Shown one piece after another: positions 27,660 to 34,658 of a stretch of DNA of 34,658 nt. A model generated the notes under the pieces. That model was not told where the DNA came from. It saw only the letters and a list, made by a program, of their open reading frames with translations, and ran no database searches. Numbering within the stretch: the stretch's first letter is position 1; each line of letters opens with the position of its first letter. The position numbers were made by a program, and so were the translations under genes. The DNA is taken from NCBI RefSeq assembly GCF_001186125.1, contig NW_014039905.1, positions 18,346 through 53,003 of the forward strand. Direction: 5' to 3'. The stretch comes from Sphaeroforma arctica JP610. Lineage: Eukaryota.

Positions 27660-27990
27660 CTATGTTATCGTTACGGTTATACCTAGAGTGAGTAAGTCAC
27701 TCATTCCGACCAATAAGTCGTGCTTCTGTGACATCTTAACTATCACAGCTTGGGTAGTGATATTTCTATCATCGGCCAGGGAGATTTTAACATCTGTGGC
27801 CATGGTATTACACTTAGAAGTTTTGTCATCTGCTAAGATTAGGTGAGTAGTTCGAGTTCGTCTTTCAATGTCTTTCATTAATGCAAAGCGGTCGGATATA
27901 CATGAAATTTCTGAACCAGGATCAATCAATGCAAGGACTTTATTTACATTGCAATATACAGGGATTATTACACGCTCGTCTAAAGAGTCG
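27660..27990 (-). pseudogene. Retropepsin-like aspartic protease domain
   Basis: ERVIIPVYCNVNKVLALIDPGSEISCIS (catalytic DPG at 27923-27915) ... HDLLVGMSDL. Frameshift at about 27670 relative to RT. Confidence 0.85.
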
Positions 27991-28028
27991 TTGTATTTCC
28001 TTTGTAACGATTGTACCTGGTAGTACTT

Positions 28029-30278
28029 TCACTCCAACTTAATGTCGGGATTTTTGTCACAAGACTTGGCGTGATAGCCATTGGTCTTCTCACGCTTGTT
28101 ACTCTTAGTAAGAAAGTGTGTACAGGTGGGTGCATGTCTACCATTCCAATAGCCGTTAGGGGTCAATTGGTACATGTCATACCCATACTGTGCGTCGGCA
28201 CATTTCTTAATCTCCTTAAATGGAGGTTCCTTGTCCTTCGCCTCCGCGCGTGCCCATTTATTGGGTCGTGTTGATTGAGTAGAGTCGCGAGCACGTGTCT
28301 GGTTAGGACGCGTCTGATTTATCATCTGACGTCTGGCGTAAGAGGTATCCTTGATCAGGGAGCTCGCGCGGTTTCTTATTTACCGCCTTTCTCTTCGAGG
28401 TTACTCGGTGTGCGGGGAAAAGAGTAGATACAGTATCATAAAACTGTTCTCACGTAGGCCGGGATATATAAAACTTTGTTTCATGTCCCTTGTCTCGAGC
28501 CTCAGTAGCGTATTTACGTCGCAACTCGGTGTACAGACTTTCACGGTCGTTGTTACATATGTTCTTACAGAAAACATGCATAACCAGGAACTCGTACTAT
28601 CGCTGCGCTTTATCCTTTGTTATATCTCAAGTTTAAGGTCAGCATCAAGTTTCAGAATGTAACTCTGAATAGGAGTATTCTTAACTGGTTCAGTTAAGAT
28701 TGAACTCAGTCCTAGACTGCGCATGTCCTTGCTTAATAAGAACGTAACCAGCCAACACACAGCTAGCCAATCACGACAAGTGTCTAGCTCATGCTGGTGT
28801 CGCTGCAGGATCAAGTAACTTGTTCCTGTAGGGTCAACCGATTGCATTAAAGCAGAAATCCATTGCTGGGGAGCGATATCATTCGTCTCCAGCATGACCG
28901 TAAACGCATTAAGCGTACGGGTTAGCGTGTCGAGGTCATGGTTGATTATAAACTCGATCTACTTGCTGTTGCCATCCCAGTTCGGCTTAAGTCGACTTAT
29001 CTGTCCCTTGTACTTCTGGTTATCCCGGTGGCCGTGCCCACGTTGGGCCTGAAGTAGCTGATCAATGCGCTTCTGCTTGATCGCGATTATATTAGTAAAG
29101 TATGATACGTCATCAGCACGGTGCTCGTCATGGGCAATTTCCATCTTGATGGTGTAATCGTCGGCCAATTTGTTAAGTTCGGTCACCTCGTCAGAGTGGA
29201 AATCCTCTGCGGGCTGGTGTATTGCTGTGCGATTGAAGCTATTAAATTCGACATCGTTAACATGTTTACTGGGGTGTTTATTACCCCTTGTAAAGTTCAT
29301 GGTCGAGGCTTTTCGGTGCTTTGTTCCTTGGATAGTAGTTGGTATTAGAATCTTGGGTGATTCATGCGTCTGGATGACATAGCCAGTCTTAACTGGTTTC
29401 CGACGATTTTCATCCCAGTTGGGTAAAGGTGGCGGAGTATTTTTACCTGCCTCTGAGTCTATAATACCCTCAAGGACGGGCGACTCATGGCCGGGCGTTA
29501 GAACAGGCGAATTATTAGCCTGGAGTTCTGGTGGTAGTACCTCGTAAGAAATAGATCCGCTGAGCACAACTGGCTCATCTGCCACAGGTGTAGCGCTCAG
29601 GCCTTTACGCTTTTCGGGCGTGATTGCCAGTCGACGTTCTGTCCACTTCTGTAGGGCTTCAGTAATGCCCGGGGAAACATGCTTGCGTAAGTGCTGTGTA
29701 TGTTTTCCTGATCTATACATTCGATATACATATTCAACAGTCATTCCTTTCATACAGGCGGATAACTGATTCTTAAGATCAGTGTTTTCAATAATTAACT
29801 TACTTATGCGCGTTGGTTCAGTGGTCTCGGACGTAGATTCGGATTTGCCACTTGAGCTTGCCTCCTCTTCTGGTTCCGATATAGGTACTTTCTGATATTC
29901 GTCTTTGTCCCCTATAATTGGAGACTTTTCTTTTTGAGTTTCGCCAGAAGAATTGGTTGGGGCGTCTTGAGACGTGTCCCTTGTCTCACTTTTTGGCTTC
30001 GTAAATGCAAGGTTTGAAGTTGAGGCAAAAGTTGGCCCTCGGGCTCCAACTGTAGGAGTAGTTTCCTTAATCGGAGTGGCTACATCCTTATCCGAGGCAT
30101 TGTCCTGACTATTATTGTCGGAGACAAGTGCTTCGGCAACGATGCGGTTAAACGCATCGGCAACAGCTGCGGCTGCTTCTGCGGGAGCGGTAGCTGTTGC
30201 AGTGCTAGCAGCTTCTCTTTCCATCTTTTTACGTTCGGCCTTGCGTTTCTTTGCAGTTGTATTGTCTTTCTTTGTCAA
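28029..30278 (-). pseudogene. gag-like region (disrupted)
   Basis: Long low-complexity ORF 30278-28959 continues in frame past TAG into 28895-28620 (helical, QQWISALMQSVDP). After a frameshift comes a basic Cys/His region (GRHAPTCTHF, YHAKSC) directly upstream of the protease. Confidence 0.72.
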
Positions 30279-30446
30279 AATCTTAACTTATGACTTCAGT
30301 CTTATTCTCTTAAGGAATGACTGTGCTTAAGAAAAATTTCGTGGTAGTTATCTACCTTTACGTTTAAGTAGTCTAAGTAATTAATACCTTTGCTAACTTT
30401 AAAATGTGCAAGTTTCGGTCTATCAAGGCGATATTGAAAAAAAAAA

Positions 30447-31020
30447 GTAAATTACCCCTTTAACTAATAGCATATAGTCTCCGTGACGCCCCATACGTGT
30501 TTTTGTTTTGTTTGAAAAAAGGGCCCAGATATTTTACCAATATTCCCATATTTTTTTTTTACGTAATTTAGATTATAAACAAAATGAATTACCCCTCTGA
30601 TTATGCGCATTCAGTTCCCGCGGCGTCCCAACCGTGATTTAACACCGATTTTTTTTATTGAAAGCGTAAGCTTTTCTAAGTCCATGTCAACTTTATCACC
30701 GATTTTTTGTCCGTCGACAAAAAACGTCGGTGACGTTATTTGGCCCATTTGTAGACCCTCTTGGAGTCCCCCTTCATTTCAGAAGGAAAGTCTTCACATT
30801 TGTTTGTTTTCAACTGTTTTTTTTATTAAAAAAGGGGCCCAGAGGCCGACCCCTTGGCCCCCTGGAGTCCCTGTGGAATATTTATATATGAACAAAATAA
30901 ACTACCCCTAAGATTATGCGCTTTCAGTCTCCGCGGCGTCCCAGCCGTGTTTTTTGTCCGTCGACAAAAAACTTCCGTGACGCTATTTGACCCATTTGTA
31001 GACCCCCTTGCAGTCCCTTG
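30447..31020. repeat. Imperfect tandem module of about 300 bp (two copies plus a partial third) between two divergent gag regions
   Basis: Blocks repeated at about 30505-30772 and 30815-31018: AAAAAAGGG(G)CCCAGA, AACAAAAT.AA.TACCCC, GATTATGCGC.TTCAGT..CCGCGGCGTCCCA.CCGTG, TTTTTTGTCCGTCGACAAAAAA, CCCATTTGTAGACCC. Partial copy at 30447-30505. Confidence 0.85.
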
Positions 31021-31374
31021 TAGTCAGGAAGTCCATGATAGGGTTTATTTAGGATTAGGGTTTATTTGATATTTGGGGTTTTATTAGAGACTACATTTTG
31101 AACTGGGTTTATCCAATCAGGTTAAAACTGATTAACGGAAAACACATGACCAAAATGATAGTCACAGGATTTAGTTCAATAAATGAACAACGTCTCTCCT
31201 TGTACGAGGGGAGTACGTTGAGATACAGTTATCCTCGACTACTTACTACATTTTAACTGACTTAGATGTTGTACATTAATTGAACTATTCCTGAATAGGG
31301 GACGAAGTTAGTAGGGACTATAGGATCCCGTGTAAAAGTATAATTTATTTGTACACAACACAAAGAAGAGAGAG

Positions 31375-33890
31375 ATGTCTCAGAAATCAGAAACGGAAAT
31401 GACGGTCGTCAACATAGAACAACCGTTAGTAGATGACACAGATAGTGGCTTTATTAGTAGTGATACTAGTGATAGCATGCCAGCACTTCTACCAAACAGC
31501 AGTAGTGCGTCTGAGGCGGAGATGAATAGAGAAACCTCAGAAATCCAGAGACAAGCCAGACGCATGTGACGACACAATCGTAGAGTCCGGACGCACACTC
31601 GTCAACAAGTAGACCGCTTGAATGAGAGAATAGAGCGGATAGAGATTAGCGACGGAGTTATTAACAGACAAAGGGTACCATGTATTGACACTGAAGATGT
31701 TACGGTAGCCAACCAAACCGGAGGAAGTGATATGTTAGAACAAAACCAAAGAGTGTGTACCTTTACATCGACATGGACACTCCGAACCACACCACATCAA
31801 AAAACATCCGCACCGTTATGGGCACCAACACCTTCGCCAGAGCTAAACTACACCAGGAAGGTTAAAGAGGACAAGGAAGAAGGATGGCAGATTACAGAAG
31901 ACGAAGTGGAACACATATAAGGGATAACAAAGGTAGGTGTAAAAGTTGGAAGATCACCAAGACAGCAAGAAATGTGACGGACACGTCAATCAGGCTCACT
32001 ACCAGGAGGGGACAACTCCTCGAGAGGCATCACGGGCTGATACAAGTAAGCGCCCTCGTTCTCATACCAAAGAGAGACGACAGAGCCGAAATAGAGACGA
32101 TGACACGTCAGAGCAAATGACGAGCCTACTTCGGCGACAGCTAATCACTATTAGAGAAATATGAACGGCGTTTGCGTTGACTGCGACGAGGGAACACACC
32201 TTCATCACCGGACAACATCGAGTTCCGCATTAGAGGAGCAGACAATGCCCGTCATGGGTTAGGGTACACATCGTCGGATCAGGACGAAGGCGATACACAA
32301 CAGTAAACGATATCTCGTCAAAACTTTGCAACGGAACAACGTAGAGCTACACAGAACCCTCACGGGAGGGAGGCACTGGATAATCGATGTGACAACATGG
32401 ACATGTCTTGACACGAACAATGTCAGAGCCAACAATTTGTACGAGAAGCTATGAATGACAGTCTACCGACACGCAGGCTGCTTGAACGCACACCGTCGAG
32501 TCAAGCTACGACATCGGAGAAGCGTCGACACTTGGCTCAACAGGCCACACCTCCTCCACCAGACAGCATAGCGGCGGACCGCCAAGCCTTGCACGCACGT
32601 ATGCTCAAATTGTCGGAGGAATTATGTAGTGCAGTGGAAGCCAACAACTTGCCACGAGCGGAGGCACTAAGATATGTACTCGAGACATTAAGAGCAACCC
32701 ATGACTCATGACCGGCGAACAAACAGGAACCACGGGAACCACGTAGTTGGCCGGAGTGGCCCTCGAACTGGTATAACCTCAGCAACATTATGGAGCGCGA
32801 CACTAAAGGGGCATTGCGAAAGACCTTAATAATGCGCAGATTTCGGGTTTCGACGAAGCATGGAGTCTTCGTTGGTTTTATAAGGTGTTAAGCCATTTTC
32901 AAGCCGAACAATCTACATTTGATTATATAAAATCTAATACCAACGTTTAGTTGCATGGAAACCAGAACTCCAAATAATACAAATCTGTTCACACGAGACT
33001 CAGGCTACAATGGACTCCACATATCGCAAATTAGCAACGGGACACCAGAAACTTAGTAATGTTCCAGTGATGGAACAGTTGACATACCTTATGGAGAATC
33101 ATCGTCGGGCACGCGAGCGTTGTCCGACCGATGCAGATTTTAAGCAAAATTTGCTCAACCACTGCATAGTTCAATTGTTCGAGGACACATTAGGATCCCG
33201 GACATATGAGCGCACGTTACAGTTACATCCAAAGTGGCAACTCATGGAGACTCATGAATTACTACAGCTGCACAGTCCGGATATCCAGGAGGCCCAGATT
33301 TGTTCGACTCAACGTTTAGTCAATCGTCGAGGTCACAATGGGAACTCAGCCCGGGAGGAGACGACGAATAGTAGACCTAGCCCGCACATAGCCCAGTGTC
33401 AGCAGCAACAATGGCAACAACGCCTGACTCCAACAACTAACCCAACGACGTGCAACGGTTGCCGCGCACAAGCACCTCCAGGGTTGCGACACATACCGAG
33501 CTGCCACCATTACCGAGCGGCCCAACATGGGGGGGCAGGACGTGAGGACACGGACGTCAGACACTAGTCAGCAGCAGAGAGAGGTGACTATGGGACAGCG
33601 ATCTACGCCACCACATGGGTCCGTGCATCAACCACCACAATACCCAAGCCGACAGTCGATCTCAACTACGACGACACCGCAGGTTAATGTGCTCACACAG
33701 GTGAAGGTTCCGGGATACGATAGCCAGTCGGCCACAGAGATACATGTACACTCTATCCTAACCAATGACATCGAACAGGCCGTGGATACACAAACGGACA
33801 CATCGCAGCCCCAATTGACCTCGATAACAGAGCAACACTGAGACATCAGGGTGTCCGATGATGATAGACAGTGATGGCGATAAAAGACCA
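31375..33890 (+). mobile_element. Decayed gag-like region of a related retroelement, truncated about where the protease should begin
   Basis: Chain of purine-rich broken ORFs ending in TCNGC...LRHIPSCHHY (RHIPSC 33487-33504), similar to GRHAPTCTHF of the minus-strand element. No pol motifs remain. Confidence 0.55.
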
Positions 33891-33919
33891 ACTAAATTCG
33901 GTCTATCAAGGCGATATTA

Positions 33920-34658
33920 ACGCCTTAGAGTAATTAAACGCGTAGGTAAAATCTAAATATCGTGAAATTCAAAGTAAATAAACAAATTGAATCTTTTAGT
34001 AAAGTTAGGTATGCCTCGTGAAAACAGCAATACTCCGAGGGATTGTGAAGCTGAGACATTGCCTATATATAATCCTCTCAGTACTGTTTTCGCCGAAAGG
34101 ATTTTATTTTTGTGTTTCGTTGTCGCTCTATTAGAAACTATGGTATGTTTCATTGGGGCGAATCCGAGAGACTCATAAAATCCTATCTTTAGAAGAAGAA
34201 AAAGAATACCCTTGATGTCCATAGTTATTGCATTAACCAATAACTTGCCACTTATCAAGAATTACCGACATAGCCTTCATCAGACTGGCACATCTGGTTG
34301 GCTGAACGGAGGATAAACTAGGTAACGTTAATAGTCCCTAGAAACCTATATTCAGTTGAGCCATCTCGCTATCGAAGTATTCAGATACAAATAGATTTGA
34401 AAGTAAATATAGTTCTATTAATAGAACTAGACTAAATCTTATGTTGTAGAAATACGGCCTCCGGTCAGTCTAAAATATCAAGATCAATTGAGATAATACA
34501 TTGGTTTTTATTTGTATTTTAAATAATTTAATACAAGCTCTTTTTCCAATATTTCCAAAGTGTTCTAAATGCATTTTGATGGCTCCAATAGCCTGAGTAT
34601 TCGGTATGACTCATCTACTTAGACCTATTTGAGACATTAGTAGATGTAGGATATTATG
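33920..34658 (-). pseudogene. Decayed ORF remnant, possibly the N-terminal half of a tyrosine recombinase (runs off the window edge)
   Basis: Fragments across frameshifts: HNILHLL..GLSR/MSHTEYSGYWSHQNAFRTLWKYW, SSINRTIFTFKS, ILFLLLKIGFYES/IRPNE, CLSFTIPRS. Confidence 0.33.

Larger units (their letters stand above)
25714..30435 (-). mobile_element. Retrotransposon with gag - aspartic protease - Ty3/gypsy-type RT - RNase H - Dam-like DNA methyltransferase; no integrase visible; inactivated by stops and frameshifts
   Basis: See component features. The 5' boundary is tentatively placed at the 22-mer at 30414-30435. Confidence 0.88.

Noticed and set aside
25714..30435. Classical LTRs or integrase for the best-preserved element
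   Set aside because: No long terminal direct repeats and no HHCC/DDE motifs were seen. The 3' flank is another element's protease, so true absence cannot be separated from truncation here.

Overview
Eukaryotic genomic DNA with spliceosomal introns and TA/TG-microsatellite-rich introns, probably from a protist; the taxon cannot be fixed from this window. The left third is housekeeping. It holds a 5-exon 40S ribosomal protein S3 gene (RPS3, minus strand, 252 aa) and, head-to-head with it, a 4-exon protein-only RNase P gene (PRORP, plus strand, about 597 aa, with a basic NLS-like N-terminus). Just downstream of RPS3 are two tandem box C/D snoRNAs whose guide matches the LSU rRNA site targeted by SNORD41/snR51. 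About 11.6-17 kb is mostly uninterpretable decayed sequence. From about 17 kb to the end (assembly gap at 22823-23350) is a cluster of four related, decayed retroelements in alternating orientation. The best-preserved copy (25714-30435, minus) encodes Gag, aspartic protease, and Ty3/gypsy-type RT and RNase H, followed in frame by a Dam-like DNA amino-methyltransferase domain (VDMFA...NPPW) where integrase normally sits. Two other copies face convergent, mutually similar ORF remnants with tyrosine-recombinase-like motifs. This suggests a possibly undescribed gypsy-pol / DIRS-type hybrid retrotransposon family. The recombinase part is a low-confidence by-eye reading.
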